A stretch of 64,000 nucleotides of DNA, from assembly GCA_030704615.1 (NCBI GenBank), contig CM060733.1, forward strand, positions 54,684,001-54,748,000, in the 5' to 3' direction. Numbering within the stretch: position 1 is the stretch's first letter; every line of letters begins with the position of its first letter. Positions 23,942-37,634 of this stretch are shown piece after piece. A program made the position numbers and the translations under genes. The notes under the pieces were generated by a model. The model was not told the DNA's origin, searched no databases, and saw nothing but the letters and a program-made list of their open reading frames with translations. The stretch comes from Takakia lepidozioides. Its lineage: Eukaryota > Plantae > Bryophyta.

Positions 23942-26900
23942 AATATATATATTGATATATGAATGTCAAAACCCTAGGTGGTAGCACTAGCATCTTGCAT
24001 AGCTTGGCTCGGCCACCCTGCCCAAAAAAACCTCCCCACACCTTAGTGGAAGACTATTGCCTAAGCAGCGGTTTGTTTTTGGAAATTTGGAAAATAGCAC
24101 GAGTGGCTAGTGAGTTTTGCAGGAAATAACCATATATTCTGTTCAACCATTGAAATTTGTCCTCATATGCACTTTCATCCATTGATATCATCCATATTTG
24201 GCAACTTCATCCACGATTTTTTTTTATTTGGAGAATTTTGGCAATTTCATCCATGGAAAAACAGAAATTTGTAACACAGTATTCCATCTTGTTTTTTGAG
24301 GTTAGAATTTGGCGATTATTCACCACTAAATGAATGGCTGTGCCAAAGCAAGTGCAATTTATAGGAAGATGATGAACTTTGAATCCATCACATTTTCCTA
24401 GACATTGTTGGTTGAAAATCGTCTCGATTAATGCGGAGCAATGCAAAGCTCTAGTATAAAAATAATTCAATATTAAGACCTGGCTGGTATTAGAAAATGT
24501 GTAACAATAGGTAACAGTTGGATAGTGCACTCAATGCCACCTAAGTGATCCAGCATTCAAAATCCTGCTACCTCAGGTCTGGTATAGTCTTCTCCCTTGT
24601 GATCGGCGAAGTTGCTTGCAAGAGCATGTTAATTTCTCCTCTCACATTATTATTAAGAGGCCTGATTTGTTCGCAATCCTGCAGGGGTGTTTTCCATTTT
24701 TGCTCCCAGGTTGTTTCCCTTAGAAAAGAAGTAATACCCACCCAACATTGGTGTCCACCTTGGTACTGACTCTATCCCTGCAACCTTTGTATGCTTCCCT
24801 CTAGTAAGAGATCCTTGTTATCTTTTGTACAGCCACCTTCTTTGGGTCTTTTATAAAGCTTTACAGGAATTCATATACTTCACATATACTTAACATTGTA
24901 CTGCAAGAGTGGAACAGGATAGGTGAGTTGTCAGATCCCCAAACTGCTATACAACACAATCTCGGGCCGGTGGCATGAGGGATGCATAGAATCACCTCCT
25001 CGTGGCTGACGAGTTTTGTGCACAAATTGGATGTGTTGTAAGAATCATATGTCTGCAATCGCTCCTTGAGAGCTTGCTGCCAAAAGCGACTTGGCTACAA
25101 TGCTTCATTGCTGATTTCAACCACTGAGACATACTTAACTAGAAGACTTGTTCTGCCCTCTTTTGTACTCTGCTTGAAGACCCATCAAGCACATTTAGCC
25201 ACACACCATATTCTCTGTCAACTACGGCTCGCAGAGTATGAAATCTTATAGGCCCAACGTGCAAGTCCGATTTGCCTAACAGACATAGAAGTTGGTTACT
25301 ACACTACAACAATAGCAATGTCACTGCCTCGTACCCTGAGGGGCATGAGGTTATTCCATTCACTTCACAACCTCAATGCAGCTATCCTTCTGTAGACACA
25401 TTCTTCTCTGGTGATCTGCATGTATCACAGCATCCAGGTACATGAGACAGAGCATGCCCATCACTTCACCGTGTGTGGCAGTGACAAATATTGCAAATGT
25501 TGGTACTAAGTTTCTGCCACTTTTCTGGAAGTAGTACGAAAACTCGGCCATGATCAGCAGGCAGAGTTTGTCCACAACCATGCCACTTGCTAGACAGAGG
25601 CACCATGATACAACCAAAATCATACACGAGGGGCAAGGGAGCTTACCGACCACGATACCAACGTTGGAACTGGTAGGCTTGCACAGCCTCATTGGAGGCA
25701 TGCGCAGCCAAGAGCAGGTAGTTGCGTGGCTGTACCATCCATGCAAACCTCATAAACAGCAACGAGTAAATGCACATGGCTGCAAATTCCCATCCAAGAA
25801 AACAAAATCACCTGTCAGTATCCCCACCTAACGTGGCCTACCCTCTATGAACATTCTCTTTCTGTTTGTATCTTTTTCTCTCCCACTTTCTCTCCACCCT
25901 CGATACACAGATCAATCTAGCGCCTGCAATGTGAGGTTACAAATTTTTTTCCATGAAGTAAGAAACAAGCAGAAGGCAGGTAATGCGGAAAACACACTTC
26001 CTGTCATATTGCCAGATATCATGTCAGGGGGCTTCTGCGTGTCAGCCAATCCCTGCAAAACAACAAGTTTCATTGCCCCCAAGGTGAACAGCAGTATGCA
26101 CATCAGAAGTGATTATGAGCCAACCACAGAAAGGACGACAATTACCACAAGAGTGCACACTTTCAATTAGGACCCCCTCATGAGTGAGGTCTCATGTGCC
26201 AACTTTGTTCTTCTCATGGACCAATTGCCTAGATCATTGATACACTCTCGTGAAGCATCTCTCTGCCCTGGAAAAAGTGAGGAGTCTGCTCAAGGGCACC
26301 ACCTGACAATCTTCTATCTTAAATAAGGGGTTATTCTGAACTAACCTTCTAAGCCACATGGCAATGGCAAGGAAAGTTGAATGAAGATTGCATCTCAGAC
26401 AAACAGAGAACTTACAGCGGCGACAAAACCCCAATTGGCGACAGGGCCCCAGAAATGAGTGGTTTTTGGACCCATTGGACTATTCCAAAACGCTCGTAAT
26501 GCCGCCATGCCTCTCCTATGCAAAAGAGAAACCAAACACATTTAGGAAACAGTACGAGAACAACTTGAGTCAGAACTACAGAAATAAAATGCAGGCAACA
26601 GAAGAGGTATAATGAGAGTGATATGACTCTCACACCGCCAGCCACTATTCGACTACAAACAAATTGATAACTGAGTTGCTTACAACCAATCTGGACGTCA
26701 AGGAACTAATAACTACTCTCTCCTCCGACACACACATCTCTTGCATTCCACCTTCCTTTCCCCTCCCCCAGTTGTTTCATAACTCGGCCTGCATTTCTGT
26801 GGCAATATACCTGGATGGAAGTACAGGAATGTTCAGGAATAGAGGATGGTACTAGTGGAAGGCATGATGAATTCAGCACCCTCACTGTTGGGTACCCTCA

Positions 26901-27887
26901 TCATTTTCCTAACCATCCAATCCTGCCTGCCTCGGACAATCAGGGATACAACTAGACTAAACAAACCCAAATAGATCACAGTACCCTCACTCTCATGGCC
27001 CAGATAAACATCTTCATCATACATGGAAAAAACGCATAGGTGACGGATGGCCTGCTCATTCTAGTTACCACTCCTCTGGTCAATCCCATAGTTTTCCGAC
27101 CCTTAATCTTTTGGGTAATGACATGAGTATGTGACTCCTCTAACTGGTTTTTTCTTCTTAAGGTGAATGGTATTGCCGTGTGGGACTCCTGCCCGGTTTG
27201 GACTGTCCTGCGAGCACACTCTCTGTGGCATCTGTGGTACGACTTCCTGTTTAATCATAAAGCTCCCTGTGTTAGACTGGTCCTGTTCAATACTTCTTCC
27301 GATCTTATGACAGAGGGGCGTAGGGTTGGGCGGGTCATAACAGAGGCTATATGCAGATGCTCAGAAAGGAGGCGAAAGGTTATTGCAGATTTTGACGCCT
27401 CCAAGGCAAGTATCATCTGCACCAGAGCCGCAGAGACTGGTACTTGGACCGACAGCGTCCCTCCGAACTGGGAGCTCACCTTATTCCCGCCTCTCCCCGG
27501 CTGAAGTTGAAGATTCAGATGTGAATTGGCCTCATCGGAAGATTAGCAATAGCAAGATTAAGACCCACCTTTCTTTTGAGCCTCTGAAGCAGAACCGCTA
27601 GCTCCCCGTTTCTTTCCCCTCGTTTTACACTGTTGTTTTCCCCTGTGAACTCGTGTTATGTTTGCCACTGCGTTCGCCGTCTTCTTCCTTCTCTCTGTTG
27701 CTTTTGGGATGTTGCACTGGTGTTTGCCTTCCAAAGGTCCGCCCAGTTTAAAGAAAACAAATTAGTGAAACAATCAGCCCCCAGACAGCTAATAAATCCT
27801 GTGGACTCGCCACTAATGGCGGTGCTACAGAGATTTTCCTTCTTCCAAGTTAATTGCGCCTTCTGTGGGAGTTGTGTGTGCAACAGA

Positions 27888-27933
27888 TAAAAAGATAAAG
27901 ATTCTTTAACGTCCAGTGAATTTACAGAGCCTA
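27888..27933 (-). repeat. Family-C retroposon tip with TSD
   Basis: Reverse complement of 15726-15787; flanked by CAACAGA at 27881-27887 and 27934-27940. Confidence 0.6.
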
Positions 27934-28956
27934 CAACAGAGAAAGGGAAGGAGATCGAGGGGCAGGGATCTATGTTGCAATTCTAAGACGAGTCCTACAT
28001 TTTCGAGTGATTTCTTTTGCTGGGGTTGTTTATATTTGCGGTAATAGCAATGCATTGTGAAGAACATGCCACACCACAAGGTGAAAGTCCTCACAACATG
28101 ACCACCATTAGTGGATCTTGTACTTCTGCTTTCTTCAGCAATTCCTGAGTCACATGACTGAAATCTCTCTTTGGAGGAAAAAGTGACTCTCAACATGGCA
28201 ACAAGCATTGATCATGTTACAAACCACTTGGTGTGGACCATGAATCTCAAAGTGTGATTACACCAAGTCAAGTACAAGCAGCTGGTCAACCGTCTAATCA
28301 CTTTACTTCCACTCCTTGAGCTTTTGCAATGCCCATGGCAGTTCCTCGATGCTCGCCAAAGTATGACCATCTACGAAGTCCTGAGTCTCATTGCATTTCC
28401 GTATTACATATTCTCCAGAGACCATGAAGCCGTCTAGTTCAGAAGTCAATATTTACATGGAACTGTGGATTGCACACTCAATAATACACTTCCTTATAAG
28501 CTGCAGAGAACTTCCAATGGGATCTATCAAACACTCTCCAACCTAACATGCCAGCCCTGCTGAAAATATAGGTTTCACATACGAGGGATAGCACCAAACG
28601 ACTCTACCCTTTCTTCCACCAGGAATTTTCAAGGAAAATAAGGCTTTGGTCAACTACTGACGGCGTATACCACCTCTAGTCATTAGCAAAACCTTACTTC
28701 TGCTGTCACTGCAACTGAACTTCCACTAGGTCAACAACTAAGCTTGGATTAATAGTGGGGTGATGAATGTTTTAAGCACCAGATGGTCTTTGACAATTTC
28801 CACCCAGGACATTGCTATATCATCCGAACTGGACTATCCAACATATAGATGCCCAAGACCATCAATTTCCACAACCCACCACTACCACACCTCTTTTCTT
28901 TTCCCTCCTTTTTCCTCTTTCTTGTGGTACCAATAGTGCTAGGAGACACATGCAGG

Positions 28957-31900
28957 TCAGCCAAAGTTGGTCAAAACTTTGCTAGTGACATGATCACCAT
29001 ACACAACTGGTGCAAAGCTAGGCCCTCCTCTCCCCATGTGCTGCTTACATAATTCAAGAGGTTCCACCACAGCGTCAAAATTGGGCTGCATCCATAGTTC
29101 ATCCAAAGTCACATTGTCAGTAATGCTATGTAGATGATTGTCAACACAACCACATAGTCCTCTAGGACTCTGAAATCAATATGAGAAGAAAACAGAAAGC
29201 TGCTCATAAAGTGGGGTCGGACTCACTTCATAAAAGAATGGTACAGACACACGATACTTGAAGTTGTTGTTGATCACACGATGAACTGTAGGCTGATATA
29301 AACCATTGGTCCAAATCTGAGCCAAAACCCCATAGCAATCTCCTTTTAGCTGACTTACTGGGATTAAATCACAGTCCAAAGAGTTGCCATGTCATGTGTA
29401 AATGTAAATCACCAAATCTCCTCAAAGAATGAAATCATGACCACCGAATTCGTAAGGCCAGAAACAGACAAACTCAACATAAGGACACAACCCTAACTAC
29501 ATGAGGACAGAAACCATCAGAAATCGGCTGGTGGAAAAGGGAAACTGGAACATGGGAAGAAATAATAACCTTGAGCATATCACCGATGTTGACCACAAAA
29601 GTTCCCGGGATTGGATGTGCCCATATCCACTCCCCTCCTTGATTTTTCACCTGCTTTGTCAGATCAACCACAGTTATGGTATGAGGAGAAACTTGCTCCA
29701 CAGATAACGTCACTTGTCTGTGATGTATTAGTGAGCGTGAGAGAATCAAGGAGAGAAAGACGCATCTTCCATTTAAGTTCAAGAACTCGCAGATGCAATG
29801 ACCCTCAAAATCAGGGAGGAGATAAACCTGGAGAGCAGGAACATCTGCATCTTGATTCACGAGTGTCAGCAACCCTGTGACATAACAAACAATCTTATTT
29901 CATTCATTACTGTATCATCACTGTGAAATTATTTGTAATACATCACCCTATGGTTCATATTGTGACGTTCTACCTCCAATATATCACACTCTCTCTCTTT
30001 TCTGGACATCTTATGTTTCTTATATAAAGCATTCCGTTGATGGAAAAATTATGCAGCATGCATATTACCTCTGCTGAAGATAAACCAAATCAATCTTTGG
30101 GAAGGGACTGATGTCGACTGATCTATAGTGGCCACTGCAGGATCAAGTTGGATGTACATGTGGCTGGGTGGGAGTTGCTATGAACCCTGCCAGTCATACC
30201 ATCGCTGACTTGGGGGCAAGAGCGAATCACCATTGTGTCTAATGGCTCTACCGGGCAGTACATCAAACACCCAACTCCCTGTAACTGATTTGTGGTTGCC
30301 TGGCTATTGCATTTGTGCAAACTCTACACCGAAAAGCACTCTCTATAAGCACTCTCTCATTATTTCTCTTTTTCAACTCTTAACCAAAAGAAAAGATCTT
30401 CCACATCCCCGGCTCCTCAAAAGAAGACAAGAAGGAATTACCATAGTCAGTATGCTCGCCACTGCAATTAGTTGCAACACAAAATGCAAGATGTCAGTCA
30501 CATTGTCCCCAACCACCATCACCCCTTACAAATAAGATATCTGAACAACTTTAGTTCAAAGAGGAGTAATAGAATAAAAATTGTCAGATACCGCTGAGTT
30601 GAGATAGTGAGAGAAACAACTATTCTTCTTTCTGTTCTATTGAACATGTTCATCAAGTTTTCTTATATGTAAAGGGAGAACGAAAGAGCATTATCACCAC
30701 TCCTAGAGAAACAGCCCAATCTAATCTGCCTGGTTCAAAAGACAACATTTCAAGGCTGAAAGAGAAATCTGCCAAGCATAATGCACAGACATTGCCATAC
30801 ACCTTTCACTGTTACGTAGGCAAAAGCAAGCCTAAGAGCACGACAGAGCCAGTCACTACCACTAGGTACTAAAGCCCAACTCACCAGCCAATTTCTGAAA
30901 ATTTCTCCTCCCTTGCATGATCGAAGTTGGATGTTGGAGGGTAACCAATCACTCGCATGATCCAGAAAGGGTTACCCGCCCTTCCTCCCTCAAACATGTC
31001 TTTTGGTCCACCTAGGGCCAAGGCAATCCCTTGCATAATAGTTTTCCCCAGATCTATCAAATCCAACCATTTTGGTTAGTATTTGGTATTGATCCCAATG
31101 TCCATAAATTCTCATCTCAGCAACATGGCATTCAGCATGTCGGCTGCAGTCACCATGGATGTGTGACTACATCTATGGTCACATGTATAAGATGAGGATA
31201 AAAGCCCTACAGACTTCATCCTTGTTGGCTGAATGGAAGAAAGGTAGTTAACATCCAGAGAGTAGAAACGACAAGTATGCTGAGAGGCAGACAAGTAGCC
31301 ATAACATGGAGAGAGCGAAAAAAAGGAGAAAACAAGAGAAATTTGTTCCGTCCACAGAAGTCCCAAATACACAGGCAGAGCAAATGTACTCAAACCATTC
31401 AGTGCAAATGTTCACTTGCCATAGCCTTACGGCCATTGACCTTGCACGAAACTCTCCTGAAGCCTTCTGTGGGGTTCACACCCATCAGGGTTTAGCGCTG
31501 CAGGTATAAATTATTTTCTCGCAACTGCCATTAAGGCGCTCACAGAGGCACTTGTCCACATGCAAACACCACAGCACAGTTGCAGGGTTATTAAAGAGAT
31601 AGAGAGACAGAGAATTTACTCATAAGACATTGTTTGCTGTAGCCTTGTGGACATAGACCCCACGCCCAGTTTGGCTTGAACAGTGTACTCTTAAGGTTTT
31701 TAGCCGTAGCCTTTTGGGCAGAGCAGAATGTACTCATAACACTTTGTTTGAAGTGGCCTTGTCGCCATAGCCATTTGGGTTGAACAGAGAGAATGTACTC
31801 ATAAGACATTGTTTGCTGTAGCCTTGTGGCCATTGACCCTGCGCCCAGTTGAACAGAGAGAGAATGTACTCATAAGACGTTGTATGCCATAGCCTTGTGG

Positions 31901-34900
31901 CCACTGACCCCGCGCCCAGTTTGAGCGGAACAGAACCTACCTTTGTCAGGGGCTGACGCCGGTAGTAAGACTTACCTTGGAATAAACAATTGATCCGGGT
32001 TTTCCAGATATCCTATAGAAATCCCTTTACACAAGCATCAACCTGCTGTGTGTGGTTTGCCCTATAACTAGGCCCCAAAAGGGCCTGGGCTTTTGGCTCA
32101 GCCTCGAGACTTTCAAGGTTGGTAAACAGAGGTGCAGGCACAATTCCCTTGATAGATTTGAAGAGAGCGTCTGTCCCGTGAGAGAACCCCGGAAAATGAA
32201 TCAGAAATGAATATTGTGTTCAGGTTGCCCACACAACAGGCGATTGCACTCTCCCTTTCTTCTCTGCTTCTGTTTGCTGTTCAAAGGTAGGCTCCCCGCC
32301 CTGAGTTTAAATTTCAGTCTAGTGCCGAGAGTGGGTAGACCCTTGAGGTCATCCATGATGTCCTCCCCCATGTCACAGACTGGAAACAAGTTCAGGGAAC
32401 TTTTCTGCCTAACTTCATTTTCATCAGACAATTTCCTGGCAACAGACATGGCTTTGGACACTACAGCCCCTCTAAATCAGAATTATCCAGCAGGGTCAAG
32501 ACTTGCGGGCTAAGATTCAGATCCTTGAGAATCTCTTCTATTCACTTCCGCCAGGACTTGGCCTGTTTGACAGGCCGATCCTGCTTCCAAGATATAGAGT
32601 TGATTAACTTAGGATATCTGATGTTGGACATATGTTGCAGCTGACCCACCATCTGACTCGAATTCATCTCGTCGGGAGCTTAAGGAAGGGATGCCAAACT
32701 CACCCCAAACAGCCACATTGGCTGTTTTGGAGCATGCTGACATGCACTCCTTGAGCACCCCACTTGAATGGATTCTAGAGACTTAGCCTGGTTGGAGTTA
32801 TCAACCCATATCGCAGATGCGTACTCCAAGGCAGGTCTAATAACGCGACAAAGCATGGTTTTTTTTACCTCAGAGTTGATCCCTCTGCAGTGGAAAATTT
32901 TAGTGAGACCCAGCGCTTTGCACTTGCCAGTTTGAACAACTTTCTGAATATGTACATCCCAATTACAGTTGGAGGAACATTCAACGCCGAGGTATGAGTA
33001 GGAAGGGAGGACCAGAATCTCTTGGCTTCCCCACTGCCACTTGAGATCGCCTCCTCCCTCTCCTCAGTCGTTGAATGCACTGCACATTTACTGACGTGAG
33101 CCTCTAGCCCCCAAAGGTCAAAGTATCTCTTCGCGCAATCAATCAACTCCTGGAGATTGGAAGGAGTCTCCCCTATGCCTGCAAAGTCATCCGCAAACAT
33201 AAGGGCTGGTATGGTGGCATCACCCACCCTTAACCCAAATCCCTCACTTTCCACATCCTCGAGGAGTTGATTGATGAACACATTGAAGAGCAGAGGGGAG
33301 AGGGTACATCCTTGAGCTACACCTTGGTCTATGTCAAAGAAGTTAGACTTCTGTCAGTAACAGTGACACAACTTTTGGTGTGAGCATACAAGTTATGGAC
33401 AACTCTCCACATCTTTCCCTTGATCCCACATGACCAGAGTCGGAGCCATAGACCGTCTCTCCACACTGTGTCATAAGCCTTTTTGACATCTCTGAAAGAG
33501 GATCAAGAGAGGGAGTCCACAATGCGTCTTCTGGCACTTCTGGGCATGTGAAGATACTTTGTGCGGCAGGCAGCCTGACAGTGGCTCTACAGACTCTAAA
33601 CCAAGGAGGCATTTCAGCAGATTCAGATACGTATGTCTGTCTCTTGCTTAAGTGCATCAAGATGGAAGGTCTGGAAGCTGGAAAGCAGGTGCACACTCAC
33701 ATTATCCAAAGTGGATTCACGCCAAATGTTTTTCTACTCAACACCCTTGTCAACATGTATGTTAAGTGCTGGAGCATCAGGGATGCTCACAAGTGTTCAA
33801 CAGAATGCCTCAATGATCTTTGATCACGTGGAATATTATGTTGGAAAAATACAAAAGTGGGGTTTCCCTTCTTTTTTCCTTCCCTGGATAAGCTGGCTTA
33901 GAGTGAAGATATGATCCACACAGCCCCTGTTTCGCCAAAAGGCAGCTTGGCCTTCGTGGAAACAACCTCTAGATTCCAGATCAACCTCGAGACGAGTACT
34001 TATAACTCTGCAGAATATCCTGCCAACTGCATTGAGGAGCGTGATGCCTCCGTAGTTCCCGGTTCTTCTCTGTCACCCTTCTTGTATAGATTGACAATGA
34101 CCCCCTGTCGCCAGCAGGGGATCATTTCAGTCCTCCAGATAAGGTTACATCTGTTTAAATGCTCAATTGCTTCCACAATCTCAGAAGAAGTCATGGGAGC
34201 GTTGTAAGCGTTTGAAATATACTCCAATACTCCAAACTGTTCCTATGATGAGAATGTACTCATAAGACATTGTTAGCCGTAGCCTCCTATGATGAGAGAG
34301 GGAGAGAGAGAGAGAGAGAGAAAAACCTTTCATCACCTCCACATACTCGTCCATTAGTGGTCGGAACCTGGTTGGTTGATCAGGCCTGTATGCATGAAAG
34401 CAAGCCAGTGTTTTGCAACCTCATTGTTGTCAATGTAGGTCTCATAGTATTAAAATGAGGTGATTGAGCAGAAAATACTTTTGTACCATTCAATGGGACA
34501 TCCAAACAAGTGGTGTACGTTGTCACAATAAAATCTAACAGCTCCGAAGCATTTCCAAACTTTCTAGTGAAAGAGATAAAGGGTAGGGGAGCAAGATACA
34601 AAGACAAATGAGAAGGGGCACAAGGGGGGCTCCCACTGACCAAGGATTTTGGCCATTGAAGGGATTTCCAGACAGGGTTTGAGATCTGCAAGATTCAAGC
34701 TCCTTAAAATACTGCAATGACAAAAAAGACAATGGGTATAATAGTTATCCAATAATTGCTCTACCCCTTTGGATCCACATGCAGAGAAGAGCAGCTCGAG
34801 AGTGTTAGTCTCTTAGACCGGCTTATGGATCCCCTTAGTCCCTTGTAGGACCACATCAATTTAAGCTCTAGCGCCCTAATGCCTTGGCTACTTTTGAAAG

Positions 34901-36417
34901 ATCGATCAGTTCAAAGTATGTCACTAACATCTTCAACAAACTGATCACAAGGACAGCAGAACAGGACACAACAAAGTACCACTTGACAGACACCAGACTG
35001 GTAGAGGATAGTGAGTACATCAATGGCCTCATGCAGGTCAGGACGTCCCTTTGTGATATTCTCTCCCAGCTTCTGATATCCTCTGCCTTCATTCACCCAC
35101 ACAGATACAACCTACATATTAACCAATGAATTGCATGTTAAATGAAAGATGCAGAGATCCTCCCTCCTCCCTTCCTCTCCGATCACTAACCATGCTTCTG
35201 GTTATGGATTTTGTCTAGGATTACTCTGCCCACCCTATCCCCAATCCCTTCTGGGAAAACTAGCTACCCACAACAACGATGGGAGAGTATGGCCAACTGT
35301 TGTAGTTCAATAAGTTTCTATGGGTTATCTTAACATGTGCAGCTCTTGCAGGGATTCTCAGTGAAAAAGAAATGCAAATGTGCCTATACACACATGAGAT
35401 GAAAGCACACCTTCGAGGGTTTGGTGGAGGGAGGGCAGGTAAGAGGATTCTCAATGTGGGGGAAAACATCTCAACCAAATAGGACAAGACTCCTGTGATG
35501 CATTGGCCACAGTAACAAACAAAGGATTTCGGCATGTGACAACCTGACAGATACACTCCGATTCATTCCGATGCGAAGCTTCTCTTCAGTTGGTAGGTTG
35601 AAAAATTCGCGGCTTACTTCCAGTACACTATCTGGCAGATGAGGTGGGACACCATGCCCTTTCTGCATCAACAATTGAGATACATCAAGCTTAAGGACTC
35701 CCCCTCTTCCTCACCCGTCCATGTTGTTCTGCTCGTGTCCCTCTTGGGCCCTTTGGAATTCCCACAGTAAAATATTTGCTTTCTTCCCTTAAGTCTGTTC
35801 CTCTCTTCTCTGGCAGATTGCACTTTTGTGAAGCTAGAGGCCTTCATAGTAGTGATACTGTCAATATCAACTACATGCTTTCTACAAAGTATGGCGCGCT
35901 TGTGCCACAGCAATTTCAAGATCCATTCCAAACCCTTGTGTTTTACGAACTCCACAACTGGTGGCTCTGTTAGCATTTAAATAATGCTCTGCAAACTAGG
36001 GGCAGGGACGGACCACATAGAAGAAGCCAATTTCGCGACATGCGCGACCCAGCTGCTGAATAACGTCTTCCACCTGCGCATCTTCCTGCATTCGGGGATC
36101 CTCCTTCCTTTGCACTAGCGGCCCCATATCTGTACTAATACCATACCCAGAATGAGCAATTAGCACACTATGATGTTCCAGCACGCAGCAGCGCTGGGAT
36201 GCCATGCCCATCTTCTTGTAACCTTCAATCCATCTAGAGAGGAAATCCAAAAAGGCAGTAACAAATAACTCGACTCTACCAAGCGTAATACGCGAGAGAG
36301 AGAGAGAGATGCAAGAAAGTGACACGGACCTATCATTGGAAGAGATGTAAAATTGGCCACTTGAGAAACACTTCGGGTAGCCCCCACCGCCAAACAACGT
36401 CCAGCGAGGGTCACCAT
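28957..36417 (-). CDS. 2-oxoglutarate/Fe(II)-dependent dioxygenase (DIN11/At3g50210-like), 12 exons
   Basis: Exons 36417-36330, 36129-36014, 35662-35544, 35082-35019, 34711-34641, 34385-34327, 31053-30885, 30461-30442, 29874-29828, 29650-29570, 29316-29227, 29085-28957. Motifs SLPMID, ACREIGFFYVKGHG, RGYQ, HTDYG, NIGDML, HRV, RVSVPFFYEP. Confidence 0.92.
31380..31862 (-). repeat. Head-to-tail stack of LINE-A 3' tips
   Basis: TGTACTCATAAGAC..TTGTTTGC.GTAGCCTTGTGG-like units near 31385, 31615, 31685, 31728 and 31794; GTTGAACAGAGAGA duplicated around the 31793-31848 unit. Confidence 0.85.
31863..34240 (-). mobile_element. Decayed 5'-truncated LINE family A copy, interrupted by a PPR fragment
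   Basis: Colinear with 8730-10235 and extends further 5' (WRQGVIVNLYKKGD, HEGQAAF..RGCVDHIFTL, DVKKAYDTVWR); several frameshifts. Confidence 0.92.
33491..33845 (+). pseudogene. Fragment of a PLS-class pentatricopeptide-repeat gene
   Basis: DSDTYVCLLLKC..LEAGKQVHTHIIQSGFTPNVFLLNTLVNMYVKC.SI.DA, then after a frameshift MPQ*SLITWNIML. Confidence 0.85.
34254..34284 (-). mobile_element. ~30-bp LINE-A tip with 13-bp TSD
   Basis: ATGTACTCATAAGACATTGTTAGCCGTAGCC flanked by TCCTATGATGAGA on both sides. Confidence 0.8.
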
Positions 36418-37052
36418 TTGGTCCGTCAGGTAGATTGTCCACTGTGTTCTCGCACACTACCTGCACGCAAACTCTAAGAACCCAGCCCTCCTCCTTCGCA
36501 GAATTGTTGGGCCAAGAGCTGCGCCACAACCATAACTCATCACTAATCACCAACTGTTAATGGAAGCAATCATCGCTTAACCTACCTAATAAGCCTCCTG
36601 TCTTAGGAACAGTGCCTAGTATTTCATTGGAGAAAGGGGACCATAGGTTACTGGATCTGCTGAAAGGACGGTGACCTTCAACTCTCACTTCAGATCGGTT
36701 TCACTGCAAGCTTTGATTGGGTTTCTGTTGTGCACACACTCGATTGAATGTCGTTCCTCGCATGATTGATGGTGATATGCTCGCTGAAGAGCAGCACAAC
36801 CTGCACTACAAGAATATAGAGCTCTTCAAGGTGTGTCTGTGGCTTTGTCCTGCGACCATCTGCTTGAAATCAAACCTTTCTTGCTTAGAGAAACGCTATG
36901 TGAACGTTAATGTAGACATTACATTCCTGTGGTTGACTTGAATTTTCGAACCAGACATTTGGTAGGCTGGGTGCTCAAGACTTGCAGCAAGAGATTAAGG
37001 CACGCGAACCCAGTAGGCTACCCAAAGCGAGTCGCACTTGTCTGCAGCACCC

Positions 37053-37634
37053 ATGGCTGCCTATCAAGCCCTAGCGCTACGCTCGCCATGGCTGGCTCCA
37101 GGTTTTGGCACGGTGCTAGGCCGCAATGCAAACACTATGGTGAGATGTGGGTTGCGGGCAACACCCGCATTTGTTGCTCCGGCTATGGATGCTGCCCACC
37201 TGCGAGCGTCGAGGTTCTTCTCTGTGGTCAGGGCACAGCGAGACGAAGAGGCAGCTGCCGTGGCTGCCGCTGCTACCCTCGAAGCTGGTGCTCCCACCAT
37301 CTTCGACAAGATTATCAGCAGAGAGATCCCATCGAGTATAGTCTATGAAGATGACGCGGCCTTGGCTTTTCGGGACATCAATCCGCAAGCACCCGTGCAT
37401 GTCATTATCATCCCTAAGCAGAGAGATGGCCTGACCCAGCTCAGCAAGGCGAGTGAGAGACACAAGGACCTGCTTGGGCAACTTCTCTATGCTGCAAAGA
37501 TTGTAGCAGAAAAAGAAGGCTTGGCTGATGGGTTCCGGGTTGTGATCAACGATGGTCCAAATGGCTGCCAATCGGTTTACCATCTACATTTGCACCTAAT
37601 TGGAGGCCGCCAGTTGAAATGGCCTCCTGGCTAA
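37053..37634 (+). CDS. HINT2: Histidine-triad nucleotide-binding protein (HINT2-like) with putative organellar transit peptide; intronless
   Basis: ATG at 37053; Ala/Arg-rich N-terminus; PTIFDKII..EIP..IVYED, AFRDINPQAPVH, HIT motif HLHLHLIGG, C-terminal WPPG. The paralog assignment rests on the N-terminal extension. Confidence 0.9.
   Translation: MAAYQALALRSPWLAPGFGTVLGRNANTMVRCGLRATPAFVAPAMDAAHLRASRFFSVVRAQRDEEAAAVAAAATLEAGAPTIFDKIISREIPSSIVYEDDAALAFRDINPQAPVHVIIIPKQRDGLTQLSKASERHKDLLGQLLYAAKIVAEKEGLADGFRVVINDGPNGCQSVYHLHLHLIGGRQLKWPPG

Noticed and set aside
24500-28300. Possible decayed gene or retroelement
   Set aside because: Only short ORFs without recognisable motifs; cannot be supported without a search.
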